DNA of 64,000 nt from an uncultured Microbacterium sp. (GTDB taxonomy: Bacteria > Actinomycetota > Actinomycetes > Actinomycetales > Microbacteriaceae), in the NCBI RefSeq assembly GCF_945952435.1, contig NZ_CAMFHZ010000006.1, positions 83,183 to 147,182 of the forward strand. Direction: 5' to 3'. Below, in pieces: positions 27,511 to 36,722 of this stretch; position 1 is the first letter of the stretch, and the number at the start of each line of letters is the position of its first letter. Position numbers and translations under genes: made by a program. A model generated the notes under the pieces. That model did no database searches. It worked only from the letters and a program-made list of their open reading frames with translations, and was not told the DNA's origin.

Positions 27511-27524
27511 CTAGGCTGGGCGGA

Positions 27525-28499
27525 ATGGCGATGCGCTCTCCCCTGCCCGTGCGCGACGGCGTCGGCGCGACCCGGCTGCGCGTGCCCGCAGAAGGGCCGT
27601 GGCCCACGGTGGGCGCCTACATGGTCGAGCGCTTCTTCCACCTCGACCCCGAGCGACTGCTCGGCCGGTTCGACCGGGGCGAGATCGTGACGTTCGACGG
27701 CACGCCGCTCTCCCGCGACACTCCGCTGGGCGTGCACGATTTCGTCTGGTACTACCGCGAGCCCCCGGTCGAGAAGGAGATCCCGTTCGAGGTCGAGATC
27801 CTCCACCAGGACGCGGATCTCGTCGTCGTCGACAAACCGCATTTCCTGCCGACGACGCCCGGGGGCAAGTACCTGCAGAACTCTGCGCTCGTGCGGCTGC
27901 GCAACGCGCTCGACAACCCCGACCTCACGCCGATCCATCGCCTCGACCGCGCGACGGCGGGCCTGCTCATGTTCTCGACGCGGCCGGTCACCCGCGGCGC
28001 GTACCAGCTGCTCTTCGAGCGGCGCGAGGTCGCGAAGGTCTACGAGGCCGTCTCATTGCTGCCGGAGGGCTGGGATCCGTCGTCCCCCGCGCTCGGCGGA
28101 CGCCCCTTCCCGCTCGTGCACCGCAACCACATCGAGAAGCTGCGCGGGAACGTGCGCGTGCACGTCGATCCGACCAGGGAACCGAACGCCGAGACTCTCA
28201 TCGAGCTCCTCGGCTCCGACGATCGCGTGCTGCACACGCTGCTGCGCCCGCACACGGGCCGGATGCACCAGCTGCGCGTGCACCTCGCCGAACTCGGCGC
28301 AGGGATCCTGCACGACGGGTTCTATCCCGACCTCCTCCCCGAGGCGCCGGACGACATCGCCCGCCCCCTGCAGCTGCTCGCCCGCGAGCTGCGCTTCACC
28401 GATCCGCTGACGGGTGCGCCGCGGGCGTTCGTCACACGGCGCACCCTGCAGGACGCTCCGCGGAGCGGATCGGCCCGATCCGGCGTCAGCGGCGCATGA
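27525..28499 (+). CDS. RluA-family pseudouridine synthase
   Basis: 324 aa. Catalytic motif HRLDRATAGLLMF. DLVVVDKPHFLPTTP. C-terminal HQLRVHLA. Confidence 0.85.
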   Translation: MAMRSPLPVRDGVGATRLRVPAEGPWPTVGAYMVERFFHLDPERLLGRFDRGEIVTFDGTPLSRDTPLGVHDFVWYYREPPVEKEIPFEVEILHQDADLVVVDKPHFLPTTPGGKYLQNSALVRLRNALDNPDLTPIHRLDRATAGLLMFSTRPVTRGAYQLLFERREVAKVYEAVSLLPEGWDPSSPALGGRPFPLVHRNHIEKLRGNVRVHVDPTREPNAETLIELLGSDDRVLHTLLRPHTGRMHQLRVHLAELGAGILHDGFYPDLLPEAPDDIARPLQLLARELRFTDPLTGAPRAFVTRRTLQDAPRSGSARSGVSGA

Positions 28500-29145
28500 T
28501 CCGCCGGGCGAGCCACGTGCCCAGCGTCTGCACGAGATGCACGAACACGACGATGAGCACGATCGCCGCCCACATCACGTACGGCTCGAACTGGCGCAGA
28601 CCGTAGTCGAGGGCGAAGGCGCCCAGGCCGCCGCCGCCGATCGCCCCGGCCATCGCCGTCATGTCGATGAGAGCGACCACCACGAACGTGTAGCCGAGGA
28701 TGAGCGGTCCGAGCGCCTCCGGGATGGCGACCGTGAAGAGGATCCGCCACGGGCCGGCGCCCATGGCTCTGGCCGCCTCGAGAACCCCGGCCGGAACCGA
28801 GACGAGGTGCTGCTCGACGATGCGGCCGATCGCGAAGGACGCGGCGATCCCGATCGCGAAGGCACCGGCGTTCACGCCGATGCTGGTGCCCACGACCACC
28901 CGGGTCAGCGGGGTGAGCACGACGATGAAGATCACGAACGGGATGGGTCGGAAGAAGTTCACGACCAGTCCGATCACGCCGTACACGGCGCGGTTCGCGA
29001 GGAGCCCCCCGGGGCGGGTGACGTAGAGCCCCGCGCCGATGATCGTGCCGAGGATGCCGCTCATCACCAGCGCGATCGTCGCCATGTAGAGCGTTTCGAC
29101 GGCGGCCTGCCAGAACTCCGGCTGCAGTTCGAAGAGCCGATCCAT
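28486..29145 (-). CDS. metI: Methionine ABC transporter permease
   Basis: 219 aa. MetI-like, with EAARAMGAGPWRILFTVAIPEA (EAA loop). Coupled to the metN stop. Confidence 0.9.
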   Translation of the reverse strand: MDRLFELQPEFWQAAVETLYMATIALVMSGILGTIIGAGLYVTRPGGLLANRAVYGVIGLVVNFFRPIPFVIFIVVLTPLTRVVVGTSIGVNAGAFAIGIAASFAIGRIVEQHLVSVPAGVLEAARAMGAGPWRILFTVAIPEALGPLILGYTFVVVALIDMTAMAGAIGGGGLGAFALDYGLRQFEPYVMWAAIVLIVVFVHLVQTLGTWLARRIMRR

Positions 29146-30212
29146 CAGCGCACCTCCTCGTCGGACGCGGAGGTGTCGACGGCATCGACGCCCTCGGTCA
29201 CGGTCGCGTGCGTGCGGATCGTCGCGAGCGCCCGATCGATCACCTCGTCCGCACCGCGGATCGCGAGCGTCAGATGCCCGAAGGCCCGCCCGCGGATGTC
29301 GTTGATGCCGCCGTAGACCAGCTCGAACGGCAGCCCGGCCTGGGCGAGATCCAGGAACACCTGCGCCTGCGAGGAGTCGCCGTCGCGGAAGGAGAACGTG
29401 ACGAGGCGGCCCTCGTGCCGTGCGGCCAGCGAGGACCGTTCGGTGGGGCTCGGCACCCCCTTGATGACGGTGCCGACGAAGCGCTGCGAGGCCGGGTTCT
29501 GCGGCGCCGAGAACACCTCGAACACGTCCCCCTGCTCGACCACGCGCCCCGCCTCCATGACGGCGACCTTCGTCGCGAGGGTCTGGATCACGTCCATCTC
29601 GTGCGTGATGACGACGATCGTGACGCCCTGCTCCCGATTCACGCGCGCCAACAGCTCGAGCACCTCGTGCGTGGTCTGCGGATCGAGTGCGCTGGTCGCC
29701 TCGTCCGCGAGCAGGATCGCGGGACGCGTCGCGAGGGCCCTGGCGATCCCGACGCGCTGCTTCTGACCCCCGGAGAGCTGCTCGGGAAAGGATCGGGCCT
29801 TGTCCGAGAGACCGACGAACGCGAGGAGCTCTGCGACCCTCGCCTCGATGTCGGCCTTGGCCCAGCCCGCGAGCTTGAGCGGGTAGGCGACGTTCGCCCG
29901 CACGCTCTTCGCGGCGAAGAGGTTGAACTGCTGGAAGATCATCCCGATGCCGCTCCGGACGTCGCGCAGCTCCCGCTCGGAGAGGGTCGTGATGTCGGTG
30001 CCGTCGACGGTCAGGCTTCCGCTCGTGGTCGGCTCCAGCGCGTTGATGAGCCGCACCAGGGTGGACTTGCCCGCACCGGAGTACCCGATGATCCCGAACA
30101 CGTCGCCCTGCTCGATGTCGAGGGTGACGTCGTCGACCGCGACGACGGGCGCACCATCGCGGGAGGTGGGCGGATAGGTCTTGGTGACGCCTCTCAGGCT
30201 GACGATCGGCAT
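29145..30212 (-). CDS. metN: Methionine ABC transporter ATP-binding protein with C-terminal NIL/ACT-like regulatory domain
   Basis: Lies in ORF 29145..30332(-), from MPIVSLRGVTKTY (ATG 30212). Walker A GYSGAGKST, LSGGQKQRVGIARAL, LLADEATSALD. C-terminal NIL-type domain. Confidence 0.9.
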   Translation of the reverse strand: MPIVSLRGVTKTYPPTSRDGAPVVAVDDVTLDIEQGDVFGIIGYSGAGKSTLVRLINALEPTTSGSLTVDGTDITTLSERELRDVRSGIGMIFQQFNLFAAKSVRANVAYPLKLAGWAKADIEARVAELLAFVGLSDKARSFPEQLSGGQKQRVGIARALATRPAILLADEATSALDPQTTHEVLELLARVNREQGVTIVVITHEMDVIQTLATKVAVMEAGRVVEQGDVFEVFSAPQNPASQRFVGTVIKGVPSPTERSSLAARHEGRLVTFSFRDGDSSQAQVFLDLAQAGLPFELVYGGINDIRGRAFGHLTLAIRGADEVIDRALATIRTHATVTEGVDAVDTSASDEEVR

Positions 30213-30273
30213 GGAGGTCCTTCTCGCTTCGTGAATGCCGTGGCCCGCGCGCGAGCGGGCCGCCGGCGGCGGG

Positions 30274-30323
30274 CAGAGGGAACCGGGCGACGCAGGAGCG
30301 CGACGCCCGGTTCCGCTCTCTGC
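30274..30323 (-). terminator. Intercistronic hairpin between metQ and metN
   Basis: Perfect 11-bp stem: ggaaccgggcg (30279-30289) pairs with cgcccggttcc (30304-30314), with imperfect outer extension gcagag/ctctgc. Confidence 0.45.
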
Positions 30324-30345
30324 GGCGGGCAACGGTGGTCCGGGA

Positions 30346-31233
30346 TCAGCTCCGGTGATCCTTCGCGTCCTTCTCGACGGTCGTGAGGACCTTCTCCAGG
30401 TCGGCGCCGTCGAGGGCGACGGGCACCGCGGTGTCGCCGGAGGACTTCTTGAGCCCCGCCTGCACGGCCTTGTCGGTCTGGAAGATCTTCACGAGCTTGA
30501 GGTAGGTCGCGTTGTCCTTGTCCTCGGGACGGGACGCGAAGATGTTGACGTAGGGCTGAGCCTGGGCGTCCTTCGCGTCGTCGGTGGTGAGCGCGTCCTT
30601 GAAGGTCAGCCCGGCCTTCGTCACGAAGTCGTTGTTGAGGATCGCGGCGTCCACGTCGGGCAGCGCGTTGGGGATGAGCGCGGCCTCGAGCGGCGTGACC
30701 TTGACCTTCGACTTCGCCGTGTCGATGTCGGCGATGTCGCTGAACGCGGTGCCGCCGCTCTTGAGCGAGATGAGTCCGGCGGACTGCAGCACGAGCAGCG
30801 CGCGGGCCTGGTTCGACGCATCGTTCGGAACCGCCACGCTGCCGCCGGCGGGGATGGCCTTCACGCTGTCGTGCTTCTTGGAGTAGAGGCCGAGGGGGTA
30901 GATCGCGGTGGATCCGATCGGGACGAGCTTCTGCCCTGAGGCCACGTTGTACTGCGCGAGGTAGACGATGTGCTGGAACTCGTTGAGGTCGAGGTCCTTC
31001 TCGGTGAGGGCCGGGTTGGGCTTGTCGTAGGACTGGAAGTCGACGAGCTGCACGTCGATGCCGTCCTTCTTCGCGGCCGCGACGAAGGCGGGCCACTGCG
31101 GGTCGCTCTTGCCGACGACTCCGATCTTGACGGTCTTGTCCGAGGAGGACGCGGACGAGCAGCCGGCGAGCGAGAAGGCGAGCGCGGCGGCCGCGGTGGC
31201 GGCCACGAGCACGGTGGTGAGACGACGGGACAT
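30346..31233 (-). CDS. metQ: Methionine ABC transporter substrate-binding lipoprotein (MetQ/NlpA family)
   Basis: 295 aa. Lipobox FSLAGC. NlpA-family blocks (FQHIVYL ... VAVPNDASNQARALLVLQSAGLI). Confidence 0.9.
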   Translation of the reverse strand: MSRRLTTVLVAATAAAALAFSLAGCSSASSSDKTVKIGVVGKSDPQWPAFVAAAKKDGIDVQLVDFQSYDKPNPALTEKDLDLNEFQHIVYLAQYNVASGQKLVPIGSTAIYPLGLYSKKHDSVKAIPAGGSVAVPNDASNQARALLVLQSAGLISLKSGGTAFSDIADIDTAKSKVKVTPLEAALIPNALPDVDAAILNNDFVTKAGLTFKDALTTDDAKDAQAQPYVNIFASRPEDKDNATYLKLVKIFQTDKAVQAGLKKSSGDTAVPVALDGADLEKVLTTVEKDAKDHRS

Positions 31234-31335
31234 GACGGTGGGTTTCCTCTCTTGGGGGACTCCGTCACGCTATGCGTGGGATCGGATCCCTCCCGAATCG
31301 AGGTGTCACACGGCGTCACAGCCTCCCGTGCTCGC

Positions 31336-33153
31336 TCAGTCGACCTCTTCCAAGCCCTGCAGCCGCAGCTGCTCCAGATCGAGCCGAGCCGAGATCCGCC
31401 GGACGATGAGGTCGTCCACCGTGCCGGACCTGCGCAGCCCGAGCAGCACCTCGCGCTTGCGATCGAGCAGCGCGAGCTTGAGCCGGGTGAACTCCTCGTG
31501 CCGCACCAGCGGCGAGCGCTGGAGCAGGTCGACGTCGTCCGAGGTGGCGAGCATCTGCAGCGTGGCGCCCTCGGCGGAGGCGCGCGCGCCGACGGCTCCC
31601 TGACCGTCGTCCCCGTCCGGCGCGTCGCCGTCCGGGGAGGGATCCGAGCGCGCGGACTCCAGGTCTCCGATCGATTCCCTCCGATCCGTTTGCCCGGCGA
31701 GCGGATCGGGTTGGTCGAGGATGGCGTCCAGCGCCTCCACCTCGGCATCGACGAGGGCCTGCTCGCGGGCCAGGGTGCGCGCGTTTGCATATTCCAGCAT
31801 CTGGTAGCCCTCGAAGCGCACCCGGTCCCGCACGTCGTCGCTGACCCCGTGCTCGACCGCGAGGTCGTCGAGCGCGGCGAGCGCCGCCCCCGAGATCGCA
31901 CGCTCGGCGAGCTCGTACTCCTCGGCCTCGCCCTGATCGCGCGGGATCCTCGCCCAGCGCACCATCGCGGGAAGGAGCATCCCCTGCACGAGCAGGCTCA
32001 GCAGGATGACGCCCGCCGTGACGAAGACGATCTCGTCCCTGCCGTCCAACGCTCCCCCGGCGATCTGGCCGGTGGGCACGCTCAGCGCGATCGCGAGCGA
32101 GACCGCGCCCCGCATTCCCGCGAAGGTGCTCAGCACCCGGGAACGGGCGCGCACCCCGCGCGGAGGCCGAGGCCCCCCGCGCGGCGAGAGGAACGGGACG
32201 CCGAGCAGCTGGAACGCGTAGCGCACGGCCAGCAGCACGACCCAGACCGCGATCGTGACGAGCACGAGGCGTCCGATCGCGCCGATCGACGTGTGGTGCA
32301 GCACGAACTGCACCTCGAGGCCGATGAGCACGAACAGGGCGCCGTTGAGCAGGAAGACCCCGAACGGCCAGGCGGCGTCCGCTTGGCGCCGCGAGGCGGC
32401 CGTCGTGACCCTGGGCGACACGTAGGCGATGATGACGCCGGCGACGACGACCGCGAGCACGCCCGACGCGCCGATCACCTCGGCGAGGAGGAAGGCGACG
32501 AACGGGATGAGGAGCAGCGTCGTGTTGATCACGATGGTCGAGGCGACGGCCCGCAGCAGCAGGTAGCCGAGCGCGGCGACGACGACGCCGGCGAGGATGC
32601 CGCCGACGTAGGACACGACGACCGTCCACGTCACGCTGAGCGGGCTGATGCGTCCGCCGACGGCGAGAGAGAGCGCGATCGCGTACAGCACGAGAGCCGT
32701 GCCGTCGTTCGTCAGGCTCTCCGCCTTGAGCTTCATGAACATGCGCCGCGGGAGCATGCGTCCCAGCGCCGCGACCGCCGTGGCGTCCGGCGGGGCGACG
32801 GCGGCGCCGAGGATCAGCGCGGTCTCCCAGGGCAGGCCGAACAGCAGACCGACCGCGGCGACGGAGAAGGCGGACGCCACGACGAGCAATGTGCTCATGG
32901 GCAGGATGTAGCGGAAATCACGACGGATCGACCGCAGCGAGGTCGTCAGGCTCTCCCAGAACAGCATCACCGGCAGGAACAGCAGCAGCACCGTCTCCGG
33001 AGGGAGCTGGATCTCGCGCAGCGCGGGCACGAACCCGAGGGCGAGTCCCAGCACGACCAGGACGAGAGGGAGCGCGATCCGCAGACGCGGGGCGAGAAGG
33101 GCTCCGACCAGAATGGTCGCGCCCAGCAGTACGGTGACTTCGAGTCCTTGCAT
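31336..33153 (-). CDS. Na+/H+ antiporter (CPA1/NhaP type) with a long cytoplasmic C-terminal domain
   Basis: Lies in ORF 31336..33195(-). Start MQGLEVTVLL (ATG 33153). About 12 TMs with AVAPPDATAV and ESLTNDGTALV motifs, then an acidic coiled C-terminal region of about 200 aa. Confidence 0.85.
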   Translation of the reverse strand: MQGLEVTVLLGATILVGALLAPRLRIALPLVLVVLGLALGFVPALREIQLPPETVLLLFLPVMLFWESLTTSLRSIRRDFRYILPMSTLLVVASAFSVAAVGLLFGLPWETALILGAAVAPPDATAVAALGRMLPRRMFMKLKAESLTNDGTALVLYAIALSLAVGGRISPLSVTWTVVVSYVGGILAGVVVAALGYLLLRAVASTIVINTTLLLIPFVAFLLAEVIGASGVLAVVVAGVIIAYVSPRVTTAASRRQADAAWPFGVFLLNGALFVLIGLEVQFVLHHTSIGAIGRLVLVTIAVWVVLLAVRYAFQLLGVPFLSPRGGPRPPRGVRARSRVLSTFAGMRGAVSLAIALSVPTGQIAGGALDGRDEIVFVTAGVILLSLLVQGMLLPAMVRWARIPRDQGEAEEYELAERAISGAALAALDDLAVEHGVSDDVRDRVRFEGYQMLEYANARTLAREQALVDAEVEALDAILDQPDPLAGQTDRRESIGDLESARSDPSPDGDAPDGDDGQGAVGARASAEGATLQMLATSDDVDLLQRSPLVRHEEFTRLKLALLDRKREVLLGLRRSGTVDDLIVRRISARLDLEQLRLQGLEEVD

Positions 33154-33286
33154 CAGTGCCTTCCGACGAGCGCGATCGCACGGGGCGGCGCGCACCCGTG
33201 CTGGGCTTCAGCACCGTCCACCCCCACGGTATTCCCGTCCGCCGCCTCCGACCAGGGCATCCGTGCGAACAGCGGCCCGGGACGCC

Positions 33287-33898
33287 TCAGAGTTTGAAGA
33301 AGGCGACGACGCCGTGCAGCGCGAGCTCGACGCCGATCGCCGCGATGAGGAATCCCATCACGCGGGTGAGCGCGCCGATCCCCGTCGGCCCGAGCTTCTC
33401 GACCAGTGCGGTGCCGTAGCGCAGGGAGATCGCGATGACGACGGCGATCGCGAGGCAGGCGAGGACCACGCCGATGCGCTCGTCGACGCGGGTGTGCCGC
33501 GCGGAGAGCGCGATCACCATGCCGATCGCGCCCGGACCCGCCACGAGCGGGAGCGCCATCGGTGAGAAGCTGATGTCGCGCTTGCTGATCGCCCCCTCCT
33601 TCTCCTCCCCGGAGAGCTTCGGCTGGGCGGTCAGCATCCCGTATCCCGAGTGCAGGACCACGAGGCCACCGGCGATCTGCAGGGCCGCCAGGGAGATCCC
33701 GAAGACGCTGAGCAGCAGCGTGCCGGCGACCGCGAAGACGATGAGGATCGCGGCGACGCAGATCCCGGTGCGCCAGGCCTGCCGGCGCACGTCTTTCTCC
33801 GCCATCCCGGACGTGAGACCGGCGAACGCGGCGAGCGCGCCGATCGGATTGGTGATCGGGATGAGCGCGACGAACGACGCGAGCAGGACGGTCCACAT
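33287..33898 (-). CDS. MarC family membrane protein
   Basis: Lies in ORF 33287..34132(-). Start MWTVLLASFVALIPITNPIG (ATG 33898). MarC signature ITNPIG and FSPMALPLVAGPGAI. Confidence 0.8.
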   Translation of the reverse strand: MWTVLLASFVALIPITNPIGALAAFAGLTSGMAEKDVRRQAWRTGICVAAILIVFAVAGTLLLSVFGISLAALQIAGGLVVLHSGYGMLTAQPKLSGEEKEGAISKRDISFSPMALPLVAGPGAIGMVIALSARHTRVDERIGVVLACLAIAVVIAISLRYGTALVEKLGPTGIGALTRVMGFLIAAIGVELALHGVVAFFKL

Positions 33899-33966
33899 GG
33901 CTCCATTCTCCTCCGAGGCGGATACTGTTCGAGGAGGGCGACCCGCCCGCGAGTCGGAGGAGAGCA

Positions 33967-34144
33967 CATGTTCGGTGAGAAGCGACGCGAGGAACGACGC
34001 GACGAGGAAGCACTCGACCTCGCGAAGAAGCAGGCGGCGGAGGCCGTCGATTCGAGCGAGACCGACGATGCGTCGTTCGAGCCGGACGAGCCCCTCGAGG
34101 AGTCCGAGGAGACCGACGACGTCCGGGAGCACCCCGGTCGCTGA
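33967..34144 (+). CDS. Small, highly acidic hypothetical protein (58 aa)
   Basis: ATG 33967 is preceded by ggaggagag. MFGEKRREERRDEEALDLAKKQAAEAVDSSETDDASFEPDEPLEESEETDDVREHPGR. Third-codon positions are mostly G/C. No recognisable family. Confidence 0.45.
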
Positions 34145-34181
34145 CCTCTGACGTGCGCGGCCCGCGCCTCGCGTGTCAGAG
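34145..34181. terminator. Hairpin between convergent genes, overlapping the cls stop
   Basis: cctctgac (34145-34152) pairs with gtcagagg (34174-34181), around a GC-rich loop. Confidence 0.4.
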
Positions 34182-35636
34182 GATCGGGGACATCATCGCC
34201 ACCGCGTTCTGTCCCAGCCGCCGCGGCCACGGCCACGCCGCGACCTCCTCGGCGGTCACTCTGCGCGAGGCCGCGAGATACTCCTGCTGACGCGCGCCGA
34301 CGCGCGCGGCGAGGGCCGGGCTGTCCGCGAGGAGGTTGTTCTCGTCGTTCAGCTGCAGGCTGCGCCGATCCATGTTGGCGGATCCGACGAGGCACAGTCG
34401 GTCGTCGATCGTCATGGTCTTCGCGTGCAGCAGTCCGAGCGGGTACTCGTACACCTCGACCCCTGCGTGCAGCAGGTCGGCGTAGGTGCTCCGTGCCGTC
34501 GCGGCGACCAGCCAGGAGTCGTTGTGCGCCGGGAGGATCAGGGTCGTCGCGACGCCGCGCTGCGGGGCCGCGCAGATCGCCTGCAGCAGCGGCTGGTCCG
34601 GGGCGAAGTACGGCGTCGTGATGGTGAGGCGATCGCGCGCGGATGCGATCGCCGTGACGAAGGCCTCCGACATCGCGGGATCGGGCGAGGTCGGCCCCGT
34701 CCCGAACATGGCCGCCACGTCGCTCCCCGCGTGCGGTGCGGGCGCGCCGGGTGTCGCCGAGCCGGTGTCCGCCGTCACCTGCTCCCCCGTCTCGGCGCGC
34801 CAGGAGGTGAGGAACAGCCACTGCTCCTGGGCGACCACGGGTCCTTCGCAGCGGAAGAAGACGTCGACCCAGGGAGCGAACCGCGGCTTGATGCGGAAGG
34901 CCGCGTCCGCGCAGTTCCGGCTCCCGCAGAAGGCGACACGCCCGTCGATCACGACGATCTTGCGATGGTTGCGCAGGTCGGGACGCCCGATCGCGAGGTG
35001 CCCGAGTCGCGGCACGTCATCGAGCGCGGCCACGAGGTGTGCTCCCGCGTCGCGCAATTGCCCGACGCGCGGAGAGCGCAGGAAGAGCTTCGATCCGAGC
35101 GCGTCGACGAGGATCCGGCACGCGACACCACGCCGCGCTGCGGCGGCCACGGCGTCCGCGACGCGGCCCCCGTCCCCGTCGTCGAGCCAGATGTAGAAGC
35201 TGATGTGGACGCTCGTGGTGGCGGCATCGATGTCGGCGACAAGCTCGTCGATCGCCCCTTGGGAACTCTCCGCGAGGGTGATCCGGTTGCCCGCGGTCGG
35301 ACCGAAGCCGTTGATCGACTGGACGAGGCGGAACGCCGACGCGTCCGTGGGGTCCAGGTGCTCCGGCGCGGGTGCGACCGGTCGGGCGATCGCCTGCTCC
35401 GCGTCGCGGAGCGCCTTGACCCTCCGTCGTCCGATGTCGGTCTCGCCGAGGAGGAGGTAGGCGAGGATCCCGACCAGCGGCAGGAAGAGCACGACGGCCA
35501 CCCACGCGACGCGCGCGGACGGGGTGCGGTTCGGACGGACCAGGGCCAGGCCGATGACGACGAGCTGCGCGACGAGGACGACGATCGAGAGGATCACGCC
35601 TCCGGGGCCGAAGGCGGTGCTTCCACTCCAGATCAC
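34176..35636 (-). CDS. cls: Cardiolipin synthase (phospholipase D superfamily)
   Basis: Lies in ORF 34176..36047(-). GTG 35636 (VIWSGST) lies just after the upstream stop. Two N-terminal TMs and two HKD motifs (NHRKIVVIDGRVAFCGSRN and LHAKTMTIDDRLCLVGSANMD). Confidence 0.9.
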   Translation of the reverse strand: MIWSGSTAFGPGGVILSIVVLVAQLVVIGLALVRPNRTPSARVAWVAVVLFLPLVGILAYLLLGETDIGRRRVKALRDAEQAIARPVAPAPEHLDPTDASAFRLVQSINGFGPTAGNRITLAESSQGAIDELVADIDAATTSVHISFYIWLDDGDGGRVADAVAAAARRGVACRILVDALGSKLFLRSPRVGQLRDAGAHLVAALDDVPRLGHLAIGRPDLRNHRKIVVIDGRVAFCGSRNCADAAFRIKPRFAPWVDVFFRCEGPVVAQEQWLFLTSWRAETGEQVTADTGSATPGAPAPHAGSDVAAMFGTGPTSPDPAMSEAFVTAIASARDRLTITTPYFAPDQPLLQAICAAPQRGVATTLILPAHNDSWLVAATARSTYADLLHAGVEVYEYPLGLLHAKTMTIDDRLCLVGSANMDRRSLQLNDENNLLADSPALAARVGARQQEYLAASRRVTAEEVAAWPWPRRLGQNAVAMMSPIL

Positions 35637-35643
35637 GGGCGCG

Positions 35644-36534
35644 TCAGTCCCAGAGCGGATCCTGCGGAACCGCGAGATAGCCGGCGCGGAGCTCGTCCCG
35701 CAGGCTCGGTCGGGACGGATGCCAGCCGAGACGCTCCCTGGCACGGTCGGCTCCGGCGTGCTGGTCCAGCAGGAGCAGTTCGGCGAGCGCCGGATGGATC
35801 CGCGGCGCGGCCTCCGCGACCGTCTCCGCCTGCGTCGCGCCACCCACCGCGGACGCGGCGGCCTCTGCGAGTTCCCCCACGGTCGGGGCGTCGTCGTTCG
35901 CCGCGATGTAGAGCTCGTTGTTGTGCGATTCGGCACCGACGATCCGCACATACAGGTCGGCGAGGTCGTCCACGTGCACCGTAGCCCAGTGCTGTGCGCC
36001 ATCGCCGAGGTATGGGACGACCGTCGATCCGTCGCTCGTCCGCGCATCGTCCACGAAGCGCCGCGGGATGCCCTGTCCGTGGCCGTAGACCACCCCGGGG
36101 AAGACGATGACGGAGCGGACCGACTCCTGCGCCATCAGGCTCTTCTGCATGTCCACCATCCACGACACCGCGGCGGGCGGACGCTGCGGGGACCGCTCGG
36201 TGAGGTCGCGGCCGGATCCGAACGTCCAGAGGCTGCTGGTGTAGATGAACGGCTTGTCCCCGTTGGTCAGCCCCGGCGTGATCGCCGCGATGAACTCGGC
36301 GTCGCCCGCGTGCGACGTGGCGGTGTGGATCACGCCGTCCGATTCCAGCGCGAGCGCGTCGAGCGTGCGGGAGTCGTCCTCGTCCGCGAAGAACGCCTCC
36401 GCCCCTGCCGCCTGCACCTCCGCCGCCTCGTCCTGGTCCTCGACGAGCGCGGTCACCCGATAGTCGGCCGCGAGGAGAGCGTTCATCACCCCCCGCCCGA
36501 GGAAGCCGGTGGCTCCGGTCAGCAGCACGCTCAT
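35644..36534 (-). CDS. NAD-dependent epimerase/dehydratase family protein (atypical/extended SDR)
   Basis: 296 aa. N-terminal VLLTGATGFLGRGV. Confidence 0.75.
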   Translation of the reverse strand: MSVLLTGATGFLGRGVMNALLAADYRVTALVEDQDEAAEVQAAGAEAFFADEDDSRTLDALALESDGVIHTATSHAGDAEFIAAITPGLTNGDKPFIYTSSLWTFGSGRDLTERSPQRPPAAVSWMVDMQKSLMAQESVRSVIVFPGVVYGHGQGIPRRFVDDARTSDGSTVVPYLGDGAQHWATVHVDDLADLYVRIVGAESHNNELYIAANDDAPTVGELAEAAASAVGGATQAETVAEAAPRIHPALAELLLLDQHAGADRARERLGWHPSRPSLRDELRAGYLAVPQDPLWD

Positions 36535-36722
36535 CTTGTCCTCCTCGTGGGCCCTCGCGGTCCGGTCTGCGTCCGACGCTATCCGCCGCCCGGCCCGGCG
36601 ACAAGGGTCGGATCCCCGTGCCGGAACGACGCGCCGTGGCGTCCGCTGGTCAACGGATCGCCCGCGGAGTACCGTCGCTCCCAGCGGGCGCGCCCGGCCC
36701 GCCCGGAACGAGGGAGTGCAGA

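Noticed and set aside
31234-31335. Possible SAM riboswitch in the approximately 100-nt leader of metQ-metN-metI.
   Set aside because: The leader contains cgggagggatccgatccc. I could not find the other conserved SAM-I or SAM-IV elements (GCAACC, the kink-turn, the P4 region), and the space is short. A covariance-model search (Rfam SAM-I, SAM-IV, SAM-VI) would be decisive.
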